The translations under genes were made by a program, and so were the position numbers. The notes below the pieces were generated by a model, which was given only the letters and a program-made list of their open reading frames with translations, was not told the origin of the DNA and did not search any database. A stretch of DNA of 64,000 nt from Rebecca billardiae RCC1528 (lineage: Eukaryota > Protista > Haptophyta): NCBI GenBank assembly GCA_965240325.2, contig OZ251236.1, positions 992,001 to 1,056,000 on the forward strand. The letters run 5' to 3'. This document shows positions 12,424 through 24,075 of this stretch, in pieces. Positions within the stretch are counted from its first letter, which is position 1. Each line of letters opens with the position of its first letter.

Positions 12424-13701
12424 TCATACGTTGTGGTCTCTCCGGAGCACGCTGAGCACGCCCTTCAGGACGCCGCCCTGGTTGGGCGTGTACGAGTAGA
12501 GAAAGATGGAGACGAAGACCGCGAGCACGCCCAGCCAGAAGACAAACGACGGCCGGAAGTCGAACGCGGCGATCGCCATCGAGAGGAAGCACGAGCACAC
12601 GATGGCGAGCACGGTCGCGAACGTCTTCAGGATGTTGTCGGCGTACTTGATGACCACGGCGACGAGCAGCCCACCGCCCGTGTTGATGAGCACCACTGTC
12701 CACGGCACCGCCCCGAACCCGCCGAGCAGCCCCCTGCTCGAGACCGCCGCGAAGTCCTGCTGCACGATCGCGAGCAGCTGCAGCGGCACTGAGAAGAGGC
12801 ACAGCTGGATGTTGCGCATCCACAGCGTCGTGCGCGTGCCCTTGAGCATCTTCTCGAGGAAGACGCCCGCGAACCTGCGCGCGGGCGGCGGGGCGGCGGC
12901 ACGCGGGGCGGCTGAGCACGGGCGCGCGGCGCAGTCGGCGGCGCGCTCTCGCCAGCTGGGCGCGCCGAGCGCGCCGCGCGCCGCGCGCCGCGCGCCGCGC
13001 GCCGCCCCGCACCCTGAGAGCAGGCTGCACGACGCGACGGCGATGAGGCCGAGCATGGGGCTCGCGCTCTCGCCGAGCGAGGAGGTGGCCGAGTCCTTCC
13101 ACTGCACGAGCACGACGCCGAACACGAGCAGCACTAGCGCCACCCACTGCAGGCTGCGGATCTGCTTCTGCAGCAGCAAAATAGACCAGAAGGCTGTCGA
13201 CAGAGTCTTCGTCTGGTACAGCACCTGGCACACGGCGGGCGAGAGGTTGGAGAGCGCGACGAAGAGCAGGTTGTTCTGCAGCGTGTAGCAGAACGCGGGC
13301 ACGCCCACCTTTACCGTCTCGAACGGCTTGGCGACGATCTCGTTCTGGATTGCGTCCAGCAGCCCAGACACGCCGCCCTCGGTCGACATGATCACGATTG
13401 CGCACATGATCATCTTGCCGACCTCGGCGAAGAGGACGGCGACGGAGACGAGGTACAAGGGCGAGTGATCCTCCGCGGGGCGCCGCGAGTACCCCGTCAC
13501 TAAGAACTGTGCGCTATTCTGCAGCACGAGGAGGCCTAGGCTGATGGCCTTGATGTGCCGCATCACAAAACTCATCTCCATCGGTGGGGTGCCGGGCGAG
13601 TCGGGGATGTACGGGCTGACGGTGGACGGACGGAGCGGTGTCTCCTCCGTCGCGGGGCCGTGCTCGTGCTCGTGACTGTCGTCAGACGACTCCTCGACCA
13701 T
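12424..13701 (-). CDS. Nucleotide-sugar transporter, SLC35A family (UDP-Gal/UDP-GlcNAc/CMP-Sia type)
   Basis: Motifs VPAFCYTLQNNLLFVALSNL, QVLYQTKTLSTA, FAGVFLEKMLK, LWMRNIQL, GGLLVAVVIKYADNILKTFA. In-frame intron 12875-13012. Start is uncertain because upstream in-frame ATGs exist. Confidence 0.92.
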   Translation of the reverse strand: MVEESSDDSHEHEHGPATEETPLRPSTVSPYIPDSPGTPPMEMSFVMRHIKAISLGLLVLQNSAQFLVTGYSRRPAEDHSPLYLVSVAVLFAEVGKMIMCAIVIMSTEGGVSGLLDAIQNEIVAKPFETVKVGVPAFCYTLQNNLLFVALSNLSPAVCQVLYQTKTLSTAFWSILLLQKQIRSLQWVALVLLVFGVVLVQWKDSATSSLGESASPMLGLIAVASCSLLSGCGAARGARRAARGALGAPSWRERAADCAARPCSAAPRAAAPPPARRFAGVFLEKMLKGTRTTLWMRNIQLCLFSVPLQLLAIVQQDFAAVSSRGLLGGFGAVPWTVVLINTGGGLLVAVVIKYADNILKTFATVLAIVCSCFLSMAIAAFDFRPSFVFWLGVLAVFVSIFLYSYTPNQGGVLKGVLSVLRRDHNV

Positions 13702-14026
13702 CAGGCCCGCCGCGGCGGGGCCCGGGCCGTTGCACTGCGCCCCCACGTCGCGGTCGACACTGCGCGGCAATTCGTGCATCGTCACGCGAAAACTAATATC
13801 GCGGAAAAAATGCGGCGTAAAATTCATCGGCATTTCTAGCTGCTGATTCCGTACGACGTCTTCCTCTGTTGGACTCTCGTCCGGCCACTGCGGCAGCCCT
13901 GTCAATTGTCATTGGCCTCGGTGAGCCTCGGATGCGCGATCCAGCACCCGGCCGGCGCTCGGCAGGTCTACGGCAGTCGGCGTTCTACCCCGGCGGGAGG
14001 CCGCGAAGTGTGCGACCACGCCCGCG

Positions 14027-16076
14027 ATGCGCTCTCGGAAGCTCTCGTTGGCTCACGCCGTGGCCGAGGCCGGCGGCATCGACGCCTGGAACAAGCGCGA
14101 CCCCCAGGTCAAGGCGATGCTCGAGCTGCTCAGCCGCACGTGCACGGCCAAGACGGTGGCGCAGGCGCTCGAGCAGGTCGATGGCTTCATGGCGCTCGGC
14201 CACCTCATCTGGGCGTACGCGTACATGCGCATGCTCTACCACAAGAACGCGGACCTGTACTTCGCCACGCTCCTCGCCGCGCCGCAGAAGCTCATGCCCG
14301 TCGTGTACACGCCGACCGTCGGCGAGGCGTGCCAAAAGTTTGGGCACATGCCGCAGTACGAGCGCGGCTGCTACGTCTCGATCACGCACCGCGGGCGCGT
14401 CGCGGCGGTGCTGCGCGAGTACGCGGCCGCGCACCTGCAGCGGCGGTCGGACGGCACGTACGCGTGCGAGTGCATCGTCTTCTCCGACGGCGGGCGCATC
14501 CTCGGCCTGGGCGACCTCGGCGCGTGGGGCATGGGCATCCCGATCGGCAAGCTCGATCTCTACACCGTGTGCGCCGGCCTCAACCCGGCGCGCACGGTGC
14601 CGGTGATCCTCGACGCGGGCGTGGCGGGCAGGGAGGGGAACACGGCGAGGCTCGAGATCCGCGGCGACACGCGGTACACCGGGCTGCGCCGCGACCGAGA
14701 CATGACGACGAGCGCCGCGGGCACGCAGATCAACAGCTGCTACTACGGTGTGCGCGGGCGCGCGGCCGTGGCGCGGCCGCGCGTGCTCGCTGGCCCCGCG
14801 TCTCGACTCGCGCGCGCGGCGCGACGGCGCCCGCGCCCGACCGCGCGCTCCCCGCGCTCACGCGGCGCACGCAGGCGCGGACAGCTTTGTCGACGAGTTC
14901 ATGGCCGCCGCGGTCGAGCTGTTCGGGCCGCACGTGCTGCTGCAGTTTGAGGACTTTAACTCGAACGACGCGTTCCCGCTGCTCGCGGCGGTGCGCGGCA
15001 AGTACCTGACGTACAACGACGACATCCAGGGCACGGCGGCGGTGACGGTGGCGGGCATCCTCGGCGGGCTGCGGCTGCGCCACCCCGGCGCGTCCGACCT
15101 CGTCGCCAAGCTGCGCGAGCAGACGTATCTCTTCCACGGCGCCGGCTCGGCCAACGTGGGCGCTGCCTCGCTGCTCATCGGCGCGGCGGGCGTGCCGCGC
15201 GAGCGGGTCTTCATGACGAACTCGCGCGGGCTGATCTGGCGCGCCGCGAGCGGCGGCGGCGGGAGCTACCGCAACGACGAGCAGCGCGGGCTCGCGCACG
15301 CGGGCAAGCCGTCGTTTGCGCACGTCGAGCTGGTCGACATTGTGAGGCACGTGCAGCCGAGCGTGCTGGTGGGCGCGGTCGGGCGGCAGCCCGGCTGCTT
15401 CTCGAAGGCGGTCGTCGAGGCGCTGCTCGGCGGGCGCGGGCGGCAGTCGTGGGCGCAGTGCTGGAGCCTTGGCGGGGTGCGCGGCGCGCGCGCCCGCCCC
15501 GCGCTCGCCAGCCCGGCCCTGAGCGCGCGCTGACGCGCGCGCGCGCGCACGGCGGCGCCACGCCGCGCGCGCTCGGCGCAGGACTCGGCTGGCGCACAGC
15601 GGCCGATCATGTTCGCGCTCTCCAACCCGAAGACGCAGGCGGAGATCACGGCGTCCGACGCGTACACGTGGTCGGCGGGGCGCGTCATCTTCGGCTCGGG
15701 CACCTCCTTCGACCCGGTCAGCGTCGCGGGCGCCGAGCGCTGCCCCGGCCAGGTGAACAATGTCTACGTGTTCCCAGGGCTCTCGTTTGGCGCGGTCAGC
15801 TGCCAGGCGAGCACGATCCCGGACGAGCTCTTCCTCGCGGCGGCGGAGGCGGTGGCGGGCACGCTGAGCGAGATGGACATCCGGCAGGACCGCGTCGTGC
15901 CACACCCGGACCGCATCCGCGAGGTCGGGCTCAACGTCGCCGCGGCGACCGCGTGGCGCTGCCAGCAGCTCGGCCTCGCAAGCCGGCCGCTCGGCGACTC
16001 GCTCGGCGCCGTGCGCGCCAAGCTGAAGAGCATGATGTGGACGCCCTCGGTGAGCGGACGGAGCGCGAAGCTGTGA
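14027..16076 (+). CDS. Malic enzyme (NAD(P)-dependent, decarboxylating)
   Basis: Motifs VYTPTVGEACQKF, DGGRILGLGDLG..GMGIPIGKL, QFEDF, NDDIQGTAAV, GAGSA, FALSNP, PGQVNNVYVFPG. Introns 14748-14874 and 15477-15581. Confidence 0.95.
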
Positions 16077-16334
16077 GCAGGCGCTCTCCGCGCCGCACCA
16101 CGCACCGTCGGCGACTCTGCGGGCTCACACATAATCTCAGCCTGACGAGCGTCTGTAGCGAGCAAGGCGATATCTGACTCTAAGTGATGGCTGATCAACG
16201 GATCGTGACGGCTACACAGTACAGTTTATTTGTTTTAACGTGCGTAAGGCTCACGGTGGCAGCAGGTTGCCGCGCCATCCTTCTTCATCGCACGCTCTCC
16301 GAATAGAGACCTGGAAACTGGTTATTTTGAACCC

Positions 16335-19016
16335 ATGACCTCAGACGAGGACCCGGACACAGCCGGAAGCCGGACCACTGCAGATGAGTGGCGCCAAGCC
16401 AGCCAAGGCTCAATGCCGTCCGGTTGCGAGACCCACGGCCGCAGCGTGCCTGAGGGGCCTGTGGCCGATGCCGTGCCGCACGGCGCGCATGGGCTTCAGA
16501 CCATCCCTGCATGCAGCGACGGAGAGCACAAGGCAGACCAGCACACCCGGGGCAGCTCCACCTCGCAGCGCGCGGCGCCGATGATCTACGAGCAGCGCGC
16601 GGGAGACGAGGCTGCATGCGAGGCTGAAGGCAGTGGCGGGCAGCTCGTCCGTGAGGCGTACACGGACGGCTACCGTGATGGATACGCGGATGGGCTCCGC
16701 CATGTACTCGCTCAGCTCACGGGCACCGGGTTCGCGGGTGAGCCGGTGGCGCTGACATGGCAGCCGGGCGCTCAGGCGGAAGGACTCGCTCGCTCGGCAG
16801 CACGCGCGTCTGAGCCAGGCGCGTCGATGGGCGGAGACGAGCGCCGTCGGGTAGGCCCGCAGGAGGACCGACCAGCCGCACACAGTCCACCACATGGCAG
16901 CCCCGCAGGTGTCGCCGTCGCTCGCGGCACGCTGACCCCGGCCGGGCGAGGCAGCAGCCCGAGCGTTCGCGAGGCTCCAGCCTCGGCCACCCGGACCGCC
17001 TCGCACTCCGACAGCCCTCACCTGCTGAGCAGAGGGGCACAGGCGCGACCATCCTCACGGACGTTCGATCATTTGGCCCCGCCACCGTCACCAAGCGCGC
17101 TGGCTGGGCTCACGCTCCCCGCAAGCCGGAGGCCGCCTCGGCTCGCGCGGCGCACCTCGAGCCAAGCTTCTGTGGCCTCAGCAGGCTCAGCCATCGTGCG
17201 CGACGACAGGGCGGGTGGCAGGGACGCGTGCCACGCGGTTCCCACCTCGATGCTCGCGGCCTCGATCACCGCCGCGGCTGCGCCAGCCGCCTCCGCCCTC
17301 ACTGCCGGGGACGCGGACGGCGCCAAGGCAGAGGGTCGCGCGGTGCGTTTCAGCAATGCCTCAACCGCCTCCTGTGTCTCGGTTGTCTCCGTCACCTCGT
17401 GCGTGAGCGCGCTCTCCGTGGCGTCGGCGCGCTCGGCGCGCTCGGCAGATTCGCGCCACTCGGCTCTCTCGGCGCTCTCCGCTCGCTCGAGCGCGACAAC
17501 TCCGCCTGACGACGCCGACGCCTTCGCATCGGCCGCGCGCGCTGAGCGCGGGCGGGTGCGCTCTCGGCTGCTCAGGCCCGGTGGCGTTGGGCGCACCGCT
17601 CGGCGCCACGCGTCACGCTCCAGCTCGCCACCGCCACAGCTCACGGGTATGGGCGGCTCGAGCGCCCTCGGCGACTCTGGTCTCTTTGGTGCGGAGCGTG
17701 ACATGCGCCTTCGCGCCGTCGCGGCGGCGCTGGCGCCAGGTGTGCGCCCAACGGAGGCCACAGCCGGCGCGCCCAGGCGCGCATCCGCGCACGCGCACGC
17801 ACCGTCGGCCGAGGGTGTCCGACGGGTGAGCCGGCTCGGCAGCGGAGCCGCAGGGCGCGCCGAGGGCGCGGGGCGGAACAGCAGGCGCGTGGGCGGCGAC
17901 GCCCCGCCCTGGACGGGTGTTCGTGGCAGCTCGTGGCAACGGCAGCAGCTGTGGCGAGGCATCGGGGCTGGGGCATGGGCGCGGCAGCGCTCGCAGAGCG
18001 TCGCTGGTCCCGCCTCGTCGACTCCCGCCGGCTCCGCCGCCGGCTCAGCAGCGGAGGAGACGGGGACATCGCCCAGGCTGCCGAACGCCGCGGTGCGTGC
18101 TTCGGTGCTGCTGGAACAACCCCCTTGCGCAAGCCCCGCACGCCCCTTCGGCTCGGGCGGCCTGTCATCGCCCACCACGCTGCGCAGCACAGCCGAGGCG
18201 TGCTCGGGGGCGCAGCCAGAGCCTGCGGCGCCGACGACCGCCGCACAGCTCCGAGCCGACCCGCTGCGTCTCCGCCTCGCACACAGCTGGCGCGACACAC
18301 TCAGCGCTGCTCGGGCTGGAGTCGGCCCACGCTCGGCTCGGGGGACGGCGACTGCGCCAGCCCCAGTCGAGAGCAGCAGCTCAACAGGGCACGAAGCCAA
18401 CGCTGCCGACGCGGCTGGGGCCGCCCTGCTCTCACCTGGATCAGTGCTGGGGGTGCGTCGCATGCAGAGCGCCATCAGCACGATCACGCTGGCGAGCAGT
18501 GACAGTACGCTCTCCACCGCCAGTGCATGCCGAGTGGAGCCAAGCGAGCCCGGCGCGGCCGCACCTAGCGCAGGTCCGGCGCTCACCCCTCCACGCATTC
18601 GCGCCGCTCCGTTGCGGCGCTGCGCTCATCCCGCCTCGCCCACCGCCTCGCACGGCAGCACGATGATCAGCGCCATGGGCACGGGGACGGAGTCGGTGCC
18701 GGGCTCTTTTGGTGACGTGCCAACTGACCCGCGCATGTGGCCTACCTCCAACGCCGAGCTCAGCGCCGGCACGGCCAAAGGCACCGCAGCCAGACACCCT
18801 CCAGACGTGCGCCCGCACATCAGCTGGGGACAGCGCCGAGACGCTGTCACTGGCGGAGACTTGCTGCGCAGACGCTTCGCCCTGCAGTCCGTCGACGGGC
18901 AGCCGGCAGCACCGGCTACTCGTCCAACCGTGCGGCGCCTAGCCGCGTCAGCGGCGGAAGACTTGGCACGCGCGCCAGACTCCCCTGGGCTTATGACGAT
19001 AGCAGTGGCCCGATGA
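16335..19016 (+). CDS. Hypothetical 893-aa low-complexity (Ser/Ala/Arg/Pro) protein
   Basis: Long uninterrupted ORF flanked by AT-richer spacers. No recognisable domain apart from a short YTDGYRDGYADG motif. Confidence 0.55.
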   Translation: MTSDEDPDTAGSRTTADEWRQASQGSMPSGCETHGRSVPEGPVADAVPHGAHGLQTIPACSDGEHKADQHTRGSSTSQRAAPMIYEQRAGDEAACEAEGSGGQLVREAYTDGYRDGYADGLRHVLAQLTGTGFAGEPVALTWQPGAQAEGLARSAARASEPGASMGGDERRRVGPQEDRPAAHSPPHGSPAGVAVARGTLTPAGRGSSPSVREAPASATRTASHSDSPHLLSRGAQARPSSRTFDHLAPPPSPSALAGLTLPASRRPPRLARRTSSQASVASAGSAIVRDDRAGGRDACHAVPTSMLAASITAAAAPAASALTAGDADGAKAEGRAVRFSNASTASCVSVVSVTSCVSALSVASARSARSADSRHSALSALSARSSATTPPDDADAFASAARAERGRVRSRLLRPGGVGRTARRHASRSSSPPPQLTGMGGSSALGDSGLFGAERDMRLRAVAAALAPGVRPTEATAGAPRRASAHAHAPSAEGVRRVSRLGSGAAGRAEGAGRNSRRVGGDAPPWTGVRGSSWQRQQLWRGIGAGAWARQRSQSVAGPASSTPAGSAAGSAAEETGTSPRLPNAAVRASVLLEQPPCASPARPFGSGGLSSPTTLRSTAEACSGAQPEPAAPTTAAQLRADPLRLRLAHSWRDTLSAARAGVGPRSARGTATAPAPVESSSSTGHEANAADAAGAALLSPGSVLGVRRMQSAISTITLASSDSTLSTASACRVEPSEPGAAAPSAGPALTPPRIRAAPLRRCAHPASPTASHGSTMISAMGTGTESVPGSFGDVPTDPRMWPTSNAELSAGTAKGTAARHPPDVRPHISWGQRRDAVTGGDLLRRRFALQSVDGQPAAPATRPTVRRLAASAAEDLARAPDSPGLMTIAVAR

Positions 19017-19397
19017 CGACCCGACGGCTGAGTCGGCTGACAACTCTGCTGTCTGCTGATTCGTGACTATCACTGATTGATGATGACTACGATGTGATGA
19101 TGTAGTCGCGCCGTCGTCATCGTCAAACGTGAAAAGATATATATATGTCGTCATATCGTCGCGTCACGACTTGACGACGATCTCTGCGAAGCCTGCGGCT
19201 GCGTCACCGCTGCTGCGTGCTCGGAGAATGAGATCTCTCTCTATACGACTACGAGTTCTTGCGTCGTCGTCGTCTCTCTCTCTACTCTCGACGATCGTCT
19301 CTCTACATGCTACGTACTGCTACTTCATCGATATCGATCTACGACGCTGTAGTACCCCATATCATAGCGGACTAAGACCTACTCTCAACTCCGATGT

Positions 19398-21791
19398 CTA
19401 GGACCGTAGTCTTGCTGATGATGTCGTCGTCGTCGTTGTCGGCGTCGCATCATCAGCAGCAACAGCCTCCGGCGCCTTGGCGGCTGCAGCCAGCCGCTGG
19501 AGCTCCGCAGACAACGAGGGCCTACCTCCGCCATCCGCCGATTTGTCGCTTGCCGCTGAGCCGTTCACCTTCAACGTCGAGACTGCCGGCGGCGGGTGGT
19601 GCAGTGCCCACCGCTGCGCGACGCACCCCAGAACAGTGGGCGTGGCGTTGCCGTCTCCACGACCGCGCGCCGCGAGCAGCTCCTGCCGCTTCGTCGCGGC
19701 AGCGGTGAGATGGTGGATGAGGGCGCGCCCCGCGGACGGCGGCTCGCCCGGCCCGAAGAGCTTGCCCATCTTGTCGCGCTCGTCGTGGTACAGCAGGTGC
19801 CAGCGGAAGCGCGCCAGGGCGGCCTGCAGCTTGGCGATGCGCGCAGGCTCGCGCTCCAGCATCGTGCGCAGCTGCATCAGCGGCGACACCTTGAACCGGC
19901 GCGGGTAGAACATGTGGAAGAAGAAGGCCTTCGCGTCGAGCAAGATCGAGATCTCCTCCCACGGCACGAGGTCCGGGAAAGGCAGGTACTCGAGCGGCAC
20001 CACAAACACTGGCGCCGCGGAGGGCGGCGCGCGAGCCGCGCGGCGCGCATGCGCGTGCGGTCGGGGTGAGGTCGCGCGCGCGACGCGCGGCGGTGCGCGG
20101 CGGTGCGCGCGTCCCTGCCCACCTGGGATGCACAGCGCGGCGACCGCCGAGAAGATGCGCGTGGTGATCGCCGAGTCGCCCGGCGGGATGATGCAGAAGA
20201 CCGAGCGCTGGTACAGCTCGGCCTTGGAGCGGATGATGTCGTCCAGGTGTTTGTACTGCTCCCGGTTGCGCCTCGTCCGCAAGTACTCCGTGCTCGAGCC
20301 GTTGAGGTTGCCGAGCTCCTCGACCTCCTTGGCGATCAGCTTGCGCATGCCCTTGGCCTTCGTCATCGCGATCGCGCCGCAGTTGAACCGCGTCGGGTTG
20401 CTCGGGTCGTCGAAGCGGTGGCACTCGACGAGCGGCGCGGACGAGGACGAGGCCAGCACCTTCTTCGAGGCGGGCAGCGGCAGGGCGCGCAGGTCGTGCA
20501 TGAAGAAGGGGGGCGAGTAGTACGGCGCGAGCACGGTGTGCCCGCACTCGATCGCCTCGCGCCAGTCGTACCGCCGGTCCTCCGCCGTGACAAAGATCCC
20601 CTGCCCCAGCTGAGCGTACACCGTGCGCGCCGGGCCGCGCCGCTGCGCGACGTCCGTCTCGAGCGCAGCGCGCGGCAGGTGCGACATGACGAAGCCGAAG
20701 ACGTGGAGCTCGGCCGCGGCCCTCCACGCGGGCGTGGTGTACAGCCAGCTGAGCACGCGCTCGTACGTCGGGCACGTGATGATGTGCGCGGCGAGCGCGT
20801 CCTTGTACACGTCAGTTGTTGCGAGCCGCACCGAGAGCGGCAGCACGCCCTTGTTCTGCATCCAGGTCGCGCCGTACGGGCGGTCGTGGTACTCGACCGC
20901 CTTGCACAGGTGGTACGGGGAGAGCGGGAAGAGGTACAGCACGTTCGGCGCGCGGTACGACGCCGGCTCCGACAGGTCCGAGCCCGGCGGCGGCGTCCAG
21001 CGCGGCAGCAGCCGCGCCACGTCCCGAACGACCGTGTGGTAGATCCCGCCCTCGTCGAACGCGATCGGCGTCGGCGCGTCGATCATCTCCCGGTACCGGC
21101 GCTCCGCGGCCGACGAGATGTTGAGAAGCTTGAACGGCACGTCGTGCACGAAGACGCGCCACGCCGACGGGTCGTGCGGCTCGCGCAGCTCCGGGAACGG
21201 CCCGCTGCGCGTGCGCACGCGCGCGGCGTCCCCACGAGCGGCCGGCTGGGCGGGCGCGGCGCCGCCTGCCGCGGCGCGCGCGCGCGGCGCGTTGGCTGCC
21301 ACAGCTGCGGCCGTGGGGCTCGGCTTGGCCGCGGGCGCCACTGCCGCAGGCGCCGGCGTCGCCGCCGGCTTCGGGGCCAGCTGAGGCGCCGGCTGAGGCG
21401 CTACCTTTGGGACCGGCTGTGGCTGTGGCTTTGGCACCGGCTGCGGTGCGGGCTGGGCGACTGGCTTGGGCGCCAGCTGCGGGCTCGGCTGTGGCGTCGC
21501 CGCGTGCTCCGGCATTTGCACCGGCACGGCCACCGTCTTGGCCACCGGCGGGGGCGGCGAGAACTGCACGGTGGCCATCGGCTCAGCAGCCATCGGGCGG
21601 TAGCGCAGCTCGCCGCGCGAGGGCGTGCCCGCGATCACGCCCGCGCTGCCGACCCCCGCCATCTGCAGCCACGCGCCACTCGAGAGCAGGACCACGTCTG
21701 CCGACAGCATGCATGCCGCGAGGATGACCGCGCAAAGCACAAGCACCACGACGCATGCCACCCTCCGCATAGGTCGAGGCTGCGTCGCCAT
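19398..21791 (-). CDS. GT47 (exostosin-family) glycosyltransferase, paralogue of the C-terminal half of the 3702-6957 gene
   Basis: TM anchor, Pro-rich stem, shared blocks NVLYLFP.SPYHLCKA, ITCPTYER, TAEDRR.DW, CHRFDDP, KAELYQRS.FC.IPPGDSA.TTR. In-frame intron 20009-20122 at the same CIP|V position. Start MATQPRP at 21791. Confidence 0.88.
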   Translation of the reverse strand: MATQPRPMRRVACVVVLVLCAVILAACMLSADVVLLSSGAWLQMAGVGSAGVIAGTPSRGELRYRPMAAEPMATVQFSPPPPVAKTVAVPVQMPEHAATPQPSPQLAPKPVAQPAPQPVPKPQPQPVPKVAPQPAPQLAPKPAATPAPAAVAPAAKPSPTAAAVAANAPRARAAAGGAAPAQPAARGDAARVRTRSGPFPELREPHDPSAWRVFVHDVPFKLLNISSAAERRYREMIDAPTPIAFDEGGIYHTVVRDVARLLPRWTPPPGSDLSEPASYRAPNVLYLFPLSPYHLCKAVEYHDRPYGATWMQNKGVLPLSVRLATTDVYKDALAAHIITCPTYERVLSWLYTTPAWRAAAELHVFGFVMSHLPRAALETDVAQRRGPARTVYAQLGQGIFVTAEDRRYDWREAIECGHTVLAPYYSPPFFMHDLRALPLPASKKVLASSSSAPLVECHRFDDPSNPTRFNCGAIAMTKAKGMRKLIAKEVEELGNLNGSSTEYLRTRRNREQYKHLDDIIRSKAELYQRSVFCIIPPGDSAITTRIFSAVAALCIPGGQGRAHRRAPPRVARATSPRPHAHARRAARAPPSAAPVFVVPLEYLPFPDLVPWEEISILLDAKAFFFHMFYPRRFKVSPLMQLRTMLEREPARIAKLQAALARFRWHLLYHDERDKMGKLFGPGEPPSAGRALIHHLTAAATKRQELLAARGRGDGNATPTVLGCVAQRWALHHPPPAVSTLKVNGSAASDKSADGGGRPSLSAELQRLAAAAKAPEAVAADDATPTTTTTTSSARLRS

Positions 21792-21920
21792 GCTGCCGGC
21801 TTCGACGCTACTGTACAGAACGGCTGGCGCGTCTTGCGCACTGGAGCAACCCGAGTGAGTGTCGCCCGCGTCGCACTCGGCTGCGCGCGCTCCCCAGACC
21901 GCGCGTGTGCGGGGCGGACG

Positions 21921-23455
21921 ATGACGACCCCCACGGCTGAGGAGCGCGGGCCGCTCGTGGCCAAGCCGGCTGAGACCAAGCGCCCGCCGCCCCAGCCGAG
22001 CCTGCTGCTCGCCGACGTGCCGCGCTGGGCCACGTCGCAGCGCTGGATGCTGCTGATGCTCGCGCTGTCGTGCGCGATCGAGGCGTTCTGCTACACGCTG
22101 TGCGTGCCGTTCATGACGACGCACCTGCACGCGAAGTACAAGGCGTCGGTCTCCCAGTCGGCCCTGATCTTCGTCGCGTACACCATCGGCTCGGTCACGA
22201 GCACGCCTTTTGTCGAGGGGATCACGCGCCGATTCGGCTGCTCGGGCGCCATCTCACTCGGCCTGCTCACGCTCGGGCTGAGCCAGCTCGCGTTCATGGT
22301 CGCGCCGCAGCTCTCGCTGCTCTTCGGCGCGCGCTTCGTCGGCGGCTTCGCCGCCGGGGTCATCTGGTCCGCCGTGCTCACCGCGTGCCACCTGATCTCG
22401 CTCAGCTCTCAGAACATGGGCACCCTGTTCGGGACGGTGCTCTCGGCGGTCTCGATCGGCACGATGGCGGGGCCGGCGGCGGGAGGCGTGCTGTACCGCT
22501 TCGGCGGGTGGTACGTGCCATTCGTGCTCGTCGGGCTCGTCTGCTGCGCCGCCGCGTCCGTCGTCGCCACGCTGCTGCTCGAGCTAATGCACGCGCAGCC
22601 GGCGGGCGCGCACTCCAAGCCGGCCAGCTCGCTGTGCGACGCATGCGACCGCCAGCTGCTGCTCGTGCTGATGATCGTGATGTCGGGCGCGATGCTGTTC
22701 GCGAGCATCGACTCGGTGCTGCCGATCCACCTGGAGCACGTCTTCGAATCCACCTCGCTCCACACCGCCTCCGTCTTCTTCACCATCTCGGCGCGCGCCT
22801 CGCGCTGCGAGCGGCGCGCGCCGCGCGCGCGCGGCCGGCGGCGCCGCCCCACGCGCGCGAATCGCTCACACGACGCGCGCCTGCCTTGCCCGCCCGCCGC
22901 CCGCAGGTGTTCTACGGCCTGGGAGGGCCGACGTTCGGCAGCCTGGCCGACCGCACGGGGCGCGCGCTGCACGTCAGCCTCGGCGGCCTGCTGTGCCTCG
23001 CGCTGCTGCTGCCCGTCGTCGCGAGCGTGCGCTCGCACTGGGCGTTGTACGCCGCAGCGGCGCTGTACGGCGCGTCGGGCACGGCGCAGCTCACGCCCGC
23101 GTCCACGCTGCTCGAGCAGGTGGCGGACGTCGCGCTGGGCTCGCACCCGACCCTCACCTACGCGCTGTTCAACTGCGCGTACGTCTCAGGCATGGCGATC
23201 GGTCCGGGCGCGCTCGCGACGCTCACCGACGTGTTCAGCGATGGCGACGCGGCGCAGCCGACCAAGGGCTTTGCCCTGGCGAGCGTGGTGCTCGCGCTGC
23301 TCACTTCGGCGCTGGCGCTGAGCGCGGCCGTCGGGCTGAGCTTATCCTCGAGCGCGGTCGCGGGCGGCCCACTGCAGGGCGCGCGCCGTGACTCGTCCGC
23401 TGAGGAGTCTGACGCTGGGGCCGACAACGAGGCACTCAGGACGAGGAGCACGTAG
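21921..23455 (+). CDS. MFS transporter (SLC18/DHA1-like)
   Basis: About 12 TM segments. Motifs LFGARFVGGFAAG, GTMAGPAAGGVLYRFGGW, GSLADRTGR. Joining the halves needs the GC-AG intron 22791-22906. Confidence 0.88.
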
Positions 23456-24075
23456 TAGTTAGTAGTTAGTCGTCGTCGCAGTGTATACTCTGTGTAGCAG
23501 CTAATACGTGACGCGATCGACCATCAGCATTGCTGTATATCGTCGCGTATACGACGCGCTAACTGGCTGCCGATATGTCGGATGCCGCGGCAGTGGACCC
23601 GGTCCGAACATCAGCACGGCCAGTCAGCCTGAATGATCAGCGGCAGTGCTGAGTGCAGCCTGATGATCATATATCAGTATTAGTAAAGCAGACGATGATG
23701 ATCGAATGTCGTCTGGAATATGACGCGATGTAATGATGACGATTTTCATCATCTGCTATATCGCGATGATCGATGCCGCCAGAGTCGTCGCATCGTCATC
23801 AGCATCGTCATCGGCATGCATATCAGCAGCAGCACTTAGTCTTACGGTCCGAGCGCACGGACTACGGAGTCAGCGGCGTCGCCGCTGCGGCTGCCAATGC
23901 CGCAATGGAGTATGGACATGGTGCCCAATAATGCCATTGTCAAATTCATCTGCGCGAGCCGATGAATTGCTGCGCTGATATAATAATGACGATTCTGATC
24001 GCGCGATACTGGTTCAGTAACGAGCCACGAGCAGTAGCCTCTGCTGCTGCGCACACTGACACGCGCGCCTCGGCG

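Noticed and set aside
21792-22130. N-terminal extensions of ORF-track calls (19398-22130, 8784-9884, 40808 start, 61952-63487)
   Set aside because: They overlap divergent neighbours or AT-rich promoter sequence, and downstream ATGs give proper signal or anchor N-termini.
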